Source: Octopus sinensis (lineage: Eukaryota). From it: a stretch of 64,000 nucleotides of DNA. Shown here in pieces: positions 51,301 through 62,301 of the stretch. The translations under genes and the position numbers were made by a program. The stretch is from positions 48,050,001-48,114,000 of the forward strand of contig NC_043003.1 of assembly GCF_006345805.1 (NCBI RefSeq), written 5' to 3'. Every line of letters starts with the position of its first letter. The stretch's first letter is position 1. Under the pieces are notes generated by a model. That model did not search any database and was not told the origin of the DNA. It saw only the letters and a program-made list of their open reading frames with translations.

Positions 51301-52310
51301 ATGCTACATGGCAGTGAAACATGGGCCGTGACTGCTGAGGATATGCGTAAGCTCGCTAGAAATGAAGCCAGTATGCTCCGATGGATGTGTAATGCCGGTA
51401 CTCACACTCGGCAGAGTGTAAGTACCTTGAGAGAAAAGCTGGACCTAAGAAGCATCAGTTGTGGTGTGCAAGAGAGACGTTTGCGCTGGTATGGTCATGT
51501 GGCGAGAATGGATGAAGATAGTTGTGTGAAAAAGTGCCACACCCTAGCGGTTGAGGGAACCTGTGGAAGAGGCAGACCCAGGAAAACCTGGGACGAGGTG
51601 GTGAAGCACGACCTTCGAACTTTAGGTCTCACTGAGGAAATGACTAGAGACCGAGACCTCTGGAAGTGTGCTGTGCGCGAGAAGACCCGGCAGGACAAGT
51701 GAGTCCACAACCCGTGGCCTTCTACATGGGATGGAGCCAGCCTACGTATGCATACCTTCCCTTCTTGGGACACAAAACTCTACTTGTGAAGACGTGTTGA
51801 GGCAAGTGAGGATCAGAATCGAAATCGATCAATGGAAATTGCGGATGTGCTACCAGTGCCGGTGGCATGTCGAAACTCTGCTTGTGAAGACCCATTGAGG
51901 CAAGTGAGGATCAGAATCGAAATCGATCAATGGAAATCGATCAATGGAAATTGCAGATGTGTTACCAGTGCCGGTGGCATGTAAGAGAACTTTCCGTTTC
52001 GCGACCGTTGCCAGCACCGCCCCGTTTCGTGTCCGTTGCCAGCCTCGCCTGGCCCTCGTGCCGGTGGCACATAAAAAGCACCATCCGTTCGTGGCCGTTT
52101 GCCAGCTCTGTCTGGCACCAGTGCGGGTGGCACGTAAAAAGCACCCACTACACTCACGGAGTGGTTGGCGTTAGGAAGGGCATCCAGCCGTAGAAACACT
52201 GCCAGATTTGACTGGGCCTGATGAAGCCTTCTGGCTTCACAGACCCCAGTAGAACCGTCCAACCATGCTAGCATGGAAAACGGACGCTAAATGATGATGA
52301 TGATGATGAT
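48361..52310 (+). mobile_element. Near-intact RTE-clade LINE with (ATG)n tail
   Basis: Single long ORF (APE + RT), ~590-bp structured 3' UTR, microsatellite tail. 5' boundary inferred from where the 600-bp repeat stops. Confidence 0.92.
48536..51702 (+). CDS. RTE polyprotein (AP endonuclease, RT, PHD-type C4HC3 finger), split by one apparent 1-nt deletion at ~49938-49941
   Basis: GTLNVGT, CMQEIRW, SAYAPQ, AGDFNGH, QIDYIL, PQHRLV; then KAPGPSG, YRGIKL, DMEKAFDRV, HQGSVLSP, LYADDL, FRYLG, RGRPRKTW. Adding one A gives EDAKREVWRCHYERLLNEENEW, joining ORFs 48536-49978 and 49972-51702. Confidence 0.9.
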
Positions 52311-53080
52311 ATGTGTGCATACTCGACAGAGCGTTAGTACCTTGAGAGAAATGTTTGACCTAAGGAAGCATCAGCTGTGGTGTGCAGAGAGAACGATTGC
52401 ACTGGTATGGTCATTGGCGAATGGATGAAGATAGGTGTGTGAAAAAGTGCCAATCCCTAGCAGTTGAGGGAACCCGTGGAAGAGGTAGACCCAGGAAAAC
52501 CTGGGACGAGATGGTGAAGCACGACCTTCGAACTTTAGGCCTCACTGAGGAAATGACCAGCGACCGAGACCTTTGGAAATATGCTGTGCGTGAGAAGACC
52601 AGGCAGGACAAGTGAGTCCAGCCCACTTATGCATGCCTTTCCTCCCTTGGACACACAAAGACCTGTTGAGGCAAGCGAAGTCGATATCGAACCTCATCCG
52701 ACGACAGGCACCCATGCTTGCGAAGACCTGTTGGGGAAGTGAAATTGAAATCGAAATCGGAATCGAAATTGAACCAATCCTATGACTGGCACTCGGCAGA
52801 TGCCAGGACCCCTGGACTGGTGGTACATAAAAACCACCATCCGAATCGTGGTCGATGCCAGTGCCGCCTCGACTGGCTTCCGTGCCGGTGGCACGTAAAA
52901 AACACCCACTACACTCATGGAGTGGTTGGCGTTAGGAAGGGCATCCAGCTGTAGAAACATTGCCAGATAAGACTGGAGCCTGGTGCAGCCTTCTGGCTTC
53001 CCAGATCCCCGGTCAAACTGTCCAACCCATGCTAGCATGGAGAACGGACGTTAAATGATGATGATGATGATGATGATGAT
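52311..53080 (+). mobile_element. Second 5'-truncated RTE (ORF end + 3' UTR of another subfamily) directly after the tail of the first
   Basis: RERLHWYGH..GRGRPRKTWDEMVKHDLRTLGL; (ATG)n tail. Confidence 0.88.
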
Positions 53081-54054
53081 GTGTGTGTATGTATGTGTGT
53101 GTGTGTGTGAGTGTTTATTTAAAATGGACATCAGAAAAGAGTCCACTTGTCATTAATTGTTGTTAACTTACCTCCTCTCTCCTTAAAGCTACGCATTCAT
53201 TACACACACACACACACGTGTGTGTGTATTTATGAGAGTATGCATGCAACGTAGCATGTATATCCCTGAAGTCAATTTCAAGCATTATTCTCCCCTTTTT
53301 GACCTCACAACTCAACTTTTTTTCTATTGAACCAAATTTCAAATTTTGTAGCTCAAAATGTAGCTTAGGAGGTGACCAATCTAAAAATGTATAAACATCA
53401 AATTTGGTAAAAAACTGAATTAGTGACAAAGCCTAGAGGTGGTCACAAGTGAGTTAATGTTGATCTTAAGAATATTATTCACACCACATTCTATTACAAT
53501 ATATATTTATTACAATATAGTGTATTCTATGAAAATGAGGCAGATCTTTGCAAAATACCTAAATACTGAATAGAATCAAACAGTTTGCAATATTGATTGC
53601 CAATTTTGGCAGAAGGCCATCAAATCCAGAGGGGAGGGAAGTTGATTACATCGACCTCAACACTCAGCTGATACTCATTTTATTGAGTACCGAAAAGATA
53701 AAAGGCAAAGACAACCTTGGTGGAATTTGAACTCAGAATATAGAGACAAATGAAATGCCGTGAAGCTTTCATCCTGCCTGTTAATGACTCTGCCAGCTCA
53801 TTGTCTGAGTACTGTAATGAGTAATAATATAACTTGAAAACTGTTTTATGTTCTTATGGCACATTTAGCTTACATAATAACTTTTTCCTTTTGAATATTT
53901 TTTGAAAAGATTAGCACCACGACACTTGTCTTGATGAGTTCTATCATATGAGCTAAACAAAAACAAAATATTCAGGTTTTGAATTTACTTCTAGGTGTTA
54001 CCACTGTTTCCGGTAGTAGTTTATTATTTTAAAATTTTGTTTTGATATAATTAG

Positions 54055-54090
54055 CATCATGGGATCCCTGTAGTCGAGAAGCGGTCGCAA
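54055..54090 (+). other. Candidate 36-nt micro-exon
   Basis: ataattag acceptor, gtgagt donor, CpG-containing; open as HHGIPVVEKRSQ or SWDPCSREAVA. A degenerate copy of its 3' end and donor lies at ~53425-53490. Confidence 0.25.
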
Positions 54091-54549
54091 GTGAGTAAAT
54101 GCTGACCTTAAGAATATTATTCACATACTATCGTGTGTGAATGATACACACACACACACATATATGTGTGTATGCACGACAGGCTTCTTTCAGTTTCTGT
54201 CTACCAAACACATTCACAAGGTTTTTGTTGGCCCAAGGCTATTATAGAAGACGCTTGTTCAAGGTGCCACGCAGTATGACTCAGCCTGGAACCATGTGGT
54301 TGAGAAGCAATGTAATTCACATCTACACACAACTACAAAACAATGTTTCAGCTAAGCACTGTTCTTTTATGAATTGAAAATATAGAACAAACACAAGACT
54401 GAAAGTAAGGCGGGAACGTACAACTCGTTTTTCGACATGTGGATTGATGAGAGATAAACAAAAGTAAATAAAATGGAAATATATTGCAAGGGAGTGGCAG
54501 GAAAACGTGTTTAGACACGTGGATTAATGAAAGGTAAACAGAAGTAAAC

Positions 54550-54735
54550 GATACTACCCTCCTGAATCCCAGTTCAAAAGGGATATCCCCTAACTGTTCC
54601 AACTGTTGCAGCAGTGGCTCAAGAGCCAGCACATACAGAAGAGGTGACAGTGGGTAGCCCTGATGGACCAAACGTGCAATGTGAAATGATTCCAATAGGT
54701 AGCTGTTTACTTTGACCACCAAGCAGGTGCCACTG
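54550..54735 (-). mobile_element. Tx1/L1-like RT fragment
   Basis: VHQGYPLSPLLYVLALEPLL parallels VRQGCPLSPLLYVLALEPLL in 44966-45892. Confidence 0.8.
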
Positions 54736-54844
54736 TGCATTGCAGCAAATGATAATAATAATAATAATAATAATAATAATATAATAATAATAATAATAAT
54801 CCTTTCTACTATAGGTACAAGACCTGGATTTTTGTGGGGAGTTC

Positions 54845-54976
54845 AGTACAGCTCCAGAAAACAGTGTTCTTAGGGACAGCTAGGATACTTAGAAGGGTTT
54901 TTGGCATGTAAGGTTACTTGTTGTTGACCGATGTTAGAAATTTTTTTTTCCAACAGTCTAATCTATTGTGTGTATA

Positions 54977-55012
<36 letters not shown>

Positions 55013-55030
55013 TAATAATAATAATAATAA
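54845..55030 (+). mobile_element. 3' terminus of an R4/Dong-like LINE with (AAT)n tail
   Basis: QLQKTVFLGTARILRRVFGM* (54849-54911) resembles the LQKAVLLGTARILRKVL-type C-terminus; short UTR then (AAT)n. Confidence 0.65.
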
Positions 55031-55588
55031 ATGCCCTGATGCAGTACCAGGCAATGGCTCTCATGGCTTCTGATCTTAACTAATTGGAAGTGTTATCATC
55101 TACATTGTTTTGTCTTGGTATAAAAGATGGGCTACAGCAAATATTCTGCTCAATACCACAGATTTACTTGTTAGTTGTTTGACTTTAACCAGTTGAGCAC
55201 GTCCCTTAGTGGCTGACGATATGTGCATCTCTGATCATGAGCAGAAGTAGTGGTGAAGCATCATAGCCGTGTGTTGAGAGGGATTCTTGGAGGTTTGGAT
55301 AATTCACCTTTGGAAATATGGGTGGTTAGTTCAACATCCTTAAACAATCTTTATTCAGGGACCTTTTGAGCGGGATGGGATACTCGACCAGAAGAAAATT
55401 CTAACTGGGCCCCACCTGCAAGGTCATGCACTGTTTATCTTGATATGAGATCACCATGTCGCACACATTTGGTTGTGATGCATGTGCCTGGTGTACCTTT
55501 ATCAGACGGGTAGTCATGATGGGTATACTGGGCTTCATATATATTTTACCCCAGTGTCACTTTGATTGCATGCACTGCTCTCTCACTC

Positions 55589-55590
<2 letters not shown>
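55031..55590 (-). mobile_element. Interspersed ~560-bp repeat embedded in (AAT)n; partial copy at ~30975-31262 (+)
   Basis: Two copies in the window share catggctatgatgctcccc...gatcagagatg; this one is flanked by AAT arrays on both sides. Confidence 0.7.
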
Positions 55591-55625
<35 letters not shown>

Positions 55626-56767
55626 CCAATCCTTTTTACTATAGGCACAAGGCCTGAAATTTTGGGGAGGAGTAAGCCGATTACATTGACCCCAGTGCTT
55701 CAATGGTACTTAATCTATTGACACCTAAAGGATGAAATGGAAAGTTGACCTCAACAGGTAAAATACAGCTAGGCATTTTGCCCAGTGTGAGAATGATTCT
55801 GCCGGCTCACCGCCTTAATAATAATAATAACAATAATAATAATAATAATAATAATAATGATGATGATGATGATAATAATACCCTTAGAGAGTATGTAGTA
55901 TATATACATATACTACATAATCTCAGTTAACCAAAGTTGTTCAACACATAGTTACAAACGTGAGATCCTAAGTGTATTTGGTAAGGAAAACACTCCTCCA
56001 AAATATATTCTTCCTCAGTCCTATCGTTAACCATTTAATTATTCAGCAATGAACTCCTACAATTCTCACAGAGGGGAGTGAATCTAAGGAACCACTTATT
56101 TTTCATTCGTATCATGATTTTTCTTTGTTTACCTCCTTGCATTTATGTTTGCCTACCTTTCATTAATCCACGTGTCTAAACACGTTTTTCTGCCACTCCC
56201 TTGCAATATATTTCCATTTTATTTACTTTTGTTTATCTCTCATCAATCCACATGTCGAAAAACGAGTTGTAGATTCCCGCTTTACTTTCGGTCTTGTGTT
56301 CGTCCTATATTTTCAATTCATAAGAGAAAAGCGCTTAGCTGAAATATTGTTTTGTAGTTGTGTGTAGATGGGAATTATATTGCTTCTCAACCACATGGTT
56401 CCAGGTTGAGTCCCACTGCATAGCACCTTGGGCAAGTGTCTTTTACAATAACCTCAGGCCTACAAAATCCTTGTGAACGGATCTGGTAGACAGAAACTGA
56501 AAGAAGTCCATCATATATATATATATCATCATCATCATCATCATTGTTAAACGTCCGTTTTCCATGCTTGCATGGGTTGGACAGTTCGACCGGGGTCTGG
56601 GAAAACAGGAGGCTGCATCAGGCTCCAGTCTATTTATATATATGTGTGGTTTTATCTCTAATTTAATATATATATTTATACTGTAAAATTGGATTTAATC
56701 CTAAATCTAATTTTTCCCTGTAAGTTTGGAATTACTCCCTAATATTATTATTATTATTTTATATATA

Positions 56768-57799
56768 TACTAGCAGCATCGCCCGGCGTTGCTTGGGTTT
56801 GTAAGGGAAATAACTATATAAGCATTTTTAGAGAGTTATAGCAAAAAAATGCATTAAAAATGGAATAAAAAATGATGGTAATTTTTTTTTTTAAATCGTT
56901 GACTCAGTGTCTTCAAGCCATGAAGTTGTTGTTCTAAAAGAACGCTGGTCTCCTTGACAACGCTTTACAACATTGATTTCCTTACACTCCCTTCCCCACA
57001 GCTTCACGAGGGAGGGAAGAAGGGGAGAAGCAAATAGGTGCAGGTGTGACCATGGACGCCAACTCCGCCGCCATCGACACACGAAAAATTATGCATTAAA
57101 ATGGAATAAAAAATTATGTTAAATTATTTTTAAAATCGTAGACTCATCGTAGACGCGCACTAATAGCCAGACGGGCTCGATATGAATTACGACTATAAGA
57201 TACCCGAATTTGGTTAAACTGCACCGCAAAATGTGGGAGTAGTTAGGAATCTAAATCGAAGGGGACAGACACTCACACAACTACAGTTTTATATATATAC
57301 TAGCAGTATCACCCGGCGTTGCTCGGGTTTGTAAGGGAAATAACTATATAAGCATTTTTAGAGAGTTACTTCCCTTATAAATTCGGGCTTTCTTAGCCAT
57401 TTTTGTTTTGGTGTCTTCAAGCCATGAAGTCGTTCTAAAAGAACGCTGGTCTCCTTCACAATGCATTACGACGTTGATTTCTTTACACTCCCTTCCCCAC
57501 AGCTTCACGAGGGAGGGAAGGGGGAGAAGCAAACAGGTGCAGCTGTGAGCGTGGACGCCAACTCCACCGCCATCGACACACGATGCATTTTATGCATTAA
57601 AATGGAATAAAAAATGATGTTAAATTATTTTTAAAATCGTAGACTCATCGTTGACGCGCGCTAATAGTCAGATGGGCTCGATATGAATCACGACTATAAG
57701 ATACCCGAATTTGGTTAAACTGCACCGCAAAATGTGGGAGGAGTTAGGAATCTAAATCGAAGGGGACAGACACTCACACAACTAGCGTTTTATATATAT

Positions 57800-57803
<4 letters not shown>
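56768..57803 (+). mobile_element. Head-to-tail dimer of a Helentron/HINE-like element (56768-57297, 57298-57803)
   Basis: Both start tactagcag[c/t]atc[g/a]cccggcgttgc and end gacagacactcacacaact...tttatatata. Confidence 0.7.
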
Positions 57804-57833
<30 letters not shown>

Positions 57834-58328
57834 GTGAGTTGTCTAAGAGACCATAAGCCAGGGTAAAGATGGACTCGTATATCTGTTAATAGAGTAAATA
57901 TATCATCCGAAATATATAGAATTATATATCCATCATGGCTGATCTTACCAATCGGTTTCATGTGAGGAATACAATGGAGTGTAAGATAACAATCCGATTA
58001 TATAACCTTACGCTCATTTGACTGGTAAGATCAGCTGTGATGGGTATATAATTCTATATATTTCAGAATATATATGTGTGTGTGTGGAGGGGTATCTATG
58101 TGTGTCTTTGTGTCTATGTTTGTCCACCATCCTCACCGTTTGGCAACAAGTGTTGATGTGTTTACATCCCATAACTTAGCAGCATGGTAGAATAAGAACC
58201 ATGATTAAAAAAGTAAGTACTGGGGCTGATTCATCCAATTAAAATTCTGCAAGGTAAGTGCCTCAATATGGCTGCAGTCTAATGACTGAAACAAGCAAAA
58301 GATAAAAGTTAGAAACATAGAAACAGAC

Positions 58329-58506
58329 CTGGTGCACCAACCATTTTCATGGTTTGCGTTCATTTCCCACAGCCGAGCTACCATACTGAAATGACTTGTT
58401 GCCCTGTTGAACCAAATTTCCTTCCTAGTGCAGGTAACACAATCAAGGTCATAGTAAACAGTAAGTACATGGGAGTAGCTAAAGTTATAGGGCTTTGTTT
58501 TGAACC
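58329..58506 (-). CDS. Candidate 178-nt exon (FKTKPYNFSYSHVLTVYYDLDCVTCTRKEIWFNRATSHFSMVARLWEMNANHENGWCT)
   Basis: 58 open codons between cataag and gtctgt, both kept in the paralog (39300-39475), which has two 1-nt deletions and a stop. Weak splice sites; an alternative plus-strand exon 58373-58460 has stronger sites. Confidence 0.3.
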
Positions 58507-59268
58507 CTTATGAAGTAGATGACATTAAAGTCTTAATTTAATATTATAAAGTTAATGGCCCAGGACTTTAACATCATAGCCAATGTGCTTACTGTAAAGA
58601 ACCATATTTTCAGAAATATCTCCCTCATGCTGATTATCATTATCATCATCATCACCATCATCCTCACCATCACCATCACCATCTTTCTTATTTATTTTAC
58701 TGCTCACAAGGGGCTACACACAGAGGGGACAAACAAGGACAGACAAACGGATTACGTTGATTATATCGACCCCAGTGTGCAACTGGTACTCACTTAATTG
58801 ACCCCGAAAGGATGAAAGGCAAAGTCGACTTTGGTGGAATTTGAACTCAGAACGTAGCGGCAGATGAAATGCCACTAAGTATTTCGCCTGGCGTGCTAAC
58901 GTTTCTGCCAGCTCGCCGCCATCATCATCATCATCATTCGTCATTTGACAAGTCCCTTGGGGGCTGTTGGGGTGCTGCAGCAATACAATGTATCTAGGGC
59001 GAGAAAGCCTAGCAGAGTCCATCCCTCTCAAGGCTATCTTCATTTAAAACCCATTTTCCATGCAGGTATGAGTTAAATGGTTTGATAGGAGCTGGCAGCT
59101 CCTGGTGCAGCTCCTGGCTTTGCCAGGAGCTGCACCAGGTTCCACTATTTGCTTTGGCATGGATTCCACAGCTTAATGCCCTTCCTAAAACTAACCGCAG
59201 AGGACCTGACCAGAATGCCTGTATCAGAATAGACTCTGCTAAAGGTATTCAAGAACCATGTGATGCCA

Positions 59269-59608
59269 TTAACCCTTTAGCATTCAGTTTACTCAGCCAC
59301 ATGTAATGCTTGTTAATTCAAATTGCTTTGAATTAATCATGCATTAGCTCATAGCCTTCAGATTTCAATGATATACTCTTTTACTCTTTACTCTTTTACT
59401 TGTTTCAGTCATTTCACTGCAGCCATGCTGGAGCAATGCCTTTAGTCGAGCAAATCAATCCTAGGACTTAATTATTCTTTGGAAGTCTAGTATTTATTCT
59501 ATCGGTCTCTTTTGCTGAACCGCTAAGTTACACGGACGTAAACACACCACTATCGGTTGTCAAGTGATGTTGGGGGTACACATAAACATATATATAAACA
59601 CACATACA

Positions 59609-59650
<42 letters not shown>

Positions 59651-59654
59651 ATAT

Positions 59655-59685
<31 letters not shown>

Positions 59686-59999
59686 CATATATATGACAGG
59701 CTTCTTTCAGTTTCCGTCTACCAAATCCACTCACAAGGCTTTGGTCGGCCCGAGGCTATAGTAGAAGACACTTGCCCAAGATGCCATGCAGTGGGACTGA
59801 ACCCAGAACCATGTGGTTCGTAAGCAAGCTACTTACCACACAGCCACTCCTACGCCTATGATTATTTACTTTAGAATGATATTTTACTTTTAGAATGACA
59901 TTTTAGAGTAGTTGTGTGAGGCCTGATCTGGTCACTTTCAACACAAAACAGGTAGAGTATTTAGGTTGAATATGGCTGGTTTGAATGCTAAAGAGTTAA
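59269..59999. mobile_element. TTAA-flanked MITE (TIR CCCTTTAGCATT / AATGCTAAAGAG) with a nested SINE
   Basis: TTAA at 59269-59272 and 59996-59999; empty site in the paralog at ~37395-37405. Confidence 0.85.
59374..59856 (-). mobile_element. Full-length young tRNA-derived SINE (family S1)
   Basis: Head ggcgtaggagtggctgtgtggtaag...ggttcagtcccactgc, internal TA/TG microsatellite, 3' (AAAAGAGT)-like tail. Confidence 0.88.
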
Positions 60000-61117
60000 A
60001 CTGGGTGAGAGTTCAAGTCTACCAACTGACAATGGGAACAATCCATATGATAGACTTCGAAACAGTTACAGTCTTTCAAATTCTACATTCAGGTGTTTGG
60101 TCACCCCAATACAATAACAGAAGATACTTGTCTAAGGTGGCACCTAAAGGGATTGAACCAGAAACCACATAGCTGCAAAGTGAACCACTTAACAACACAG
60201 CAACACCTAGGCCATTATAGAAACCTCAAATGAACCATGGTGGTATAATTCTATATTTTTTTTTTTCGTTTTTAAGATACCATATTTTTCCTTCTTACAA
60301 GCATAAAAGCATGACAAACACGTGACATGAAAGTTATTAAAATTCATTATTTCCCATTTTCGGTTGATTTCACAAAAAAGCACTGGAAAAAAACAAAATT
60401 TTCTCAATCACACCCGCCTTTATAAAAGAGAGGGTGTAGTCAGCATTGTTTATGAGTGTTTTTCTTTCTTCTCTTTCTCTTTCTCATATAATGTGTAAGT
60501 ATATTTATATCTCTGACTTGTTTGATGACTGTCTTCAAATATGATAGTGTGTGTGTGTGTGTGTTTGTGCATATGGAACGTGAGAGTTCTTTCTGTCTTG
60601 TCATTTTTCTAAGCAAGTATGTATGCTTATGTATGTGTGTGGAAGTGTGTGTGTGCGTCCCCTCAGGTTTAGGCGGGTGAAAGACAATAGAAGTAGAAAA
60701 GTAGTAGACATAAAATAAAAGTACAATTCAGTAGCAACTGGTTGACTTAGTCTCACATATAGGTTTATGCTGGGAAAATACATGAACCAATGGAGACCAC
60801 AGAAATATTTTTGAATGTACAAAGACGTTTCTAAACTCTTCTCCAAGTCTTTTCATCACAATAATAAATATTAGTTTTATATTGATTGCTGATTTAACAA
60901 AAAAAACCTCAGCTTTTCTCATCATAAATATATATAGATAACAAAATCACACACGTACATAAACACACATGTACACACATACAAATAGAATGAAGACACA
61001 CATGCACACATACTATTTTACCACAAATTATGTCATAACTTGCTGAAGACCCAGTTCACCCACATAAAATACTTATTTATCTCTACTATGATACTGAATA
61101 CTAATTTTTCCAACATC

Positions 61118-61614
61118 TACAGTGATCCCTCGCTACTTTGCGGTTCAACTATTGCGGATTCACAACTTCGCGGATTTTAAAAATATATATGAACACCTAA
61201 AATTTTTTATTAAATCCATTAAAATATTAATAATAAATATTATTTCCTAGTCTAGGAACGACGAAACAAGTTTAAAATAGCAAAAAAGCATATACAGGGG
61301 TATTTGAACTTAACACGGGCTGTGATTGGTGCAATGGAGAGAGATGACGAATCTCAGCTTTCTGTTTTGTAATCTGGCCAGTGTAACAGTAACAATCTTT
61401 ATTTTTTTAAATCTAAAGTATTATTGCTTAACAGTTGTCCTTGTTATTAATAGACTACTGTAATAGGTGGGTTGTTAACAGTACAGGGAGGGTTTTAAAA
61501 GTCCAAATACATGTTAAATAAAAACTGTAAATATGGTGTCCCCACTTCGTGGAAATTCAGTTATTGTGGCCAGTCTCGGAACCAATCTACCACGATAAAC
61601 GAGGGATCACTGTA
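61118..61614. mobile_element. Tigger/pogo-type MITE
   Basis: TA-CAGTGATCCCTCG ... CGAGGGATCACTG-TA; empty site in the paralog at ~35160. Confidence 0.9.
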
Positions 61615-61649
61615 AACTAAACAGATGTGTACATGTGTGTATATATATC

Positions 61650-62002
61650 TTCTCTTATTTGTTTCAGTCACCGCTTTAAAGGGTGTTAGCCGAAGAAATT
61701 GACCCCAGGACATATTCTTTGTAAGCTTAGTATTTATTCTATCGGTCTCTCTTGCTGAACTGCTAAGTTACGGGGACATAAACACACCCATATCAGCTGT
61801 TAAGTGATGGTAGGGCAAGCACAAACTCAAACCTGAATATATATATATGATGAACTTCTTCCAGTTTCTGTCAACCAAATCCACTCACAAGGCTTTGGTC
61901 GGCCCAAGGCTATAGGAGAAGATACTTGCCCAAGGTGCCAAGCAGGTGGGACTGGACCTGAAACCATGTAGTTGGGAAGCAAGCTTCTTACCACACAGCC
62001 AC
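61650..62002 (-). mobile_element. SINE family S1 copy
   Basis: Aligns with 59374-59856. Confidence 0.8.
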
Positions 62003-62248
62003 AGAATAATAAAAAGAAAGTTCTTGATACAGTATTATATTTATTTGAAATAATGAGTAGAGATGATTTTTTGTGGGGGATAATTTTTATTTTAACGTTA
62101 TTAATAATAATGTTTACAGTGAGTTACTCTGATATGAGCTTTGAGCTTTAAGTAGCTATTTTCAAACTGAAAAATGTGTTTTACTAGTTGCTTGAATAGT
62201 GAAAGATATTTTTCTTACAAGTATACATAAAAAAAAAATTTTTTTTTA

Positions 62249-62301
<53 letters not shown>

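Larger units (their letters stand above)
54175..56512. repeat. Inverted duplication: arms ~54175-54548 and ~56142-56512
   Basis: Each arm is a SINE S1 head plus ~230 bp of non-repeat sequence; roughly 85-90% identity by eye. Confidence 0.88.
58080..61650 (-). repeat. Inverted segmental duplication, copy B
   Basis: See copy A; carries two MITE insertions absent from copy A. Confidence 0.88.

Noticed and set aside
35402-60925. Similar ORF pairs 35402-35602/60728-60925 and 37173-37409/59966-60172
   Set aside because: Explained by the inverted segmental duplication. The second pair runs through an old SINE remnant, starts and ends differ, and there is no sign of codon-level constraint.
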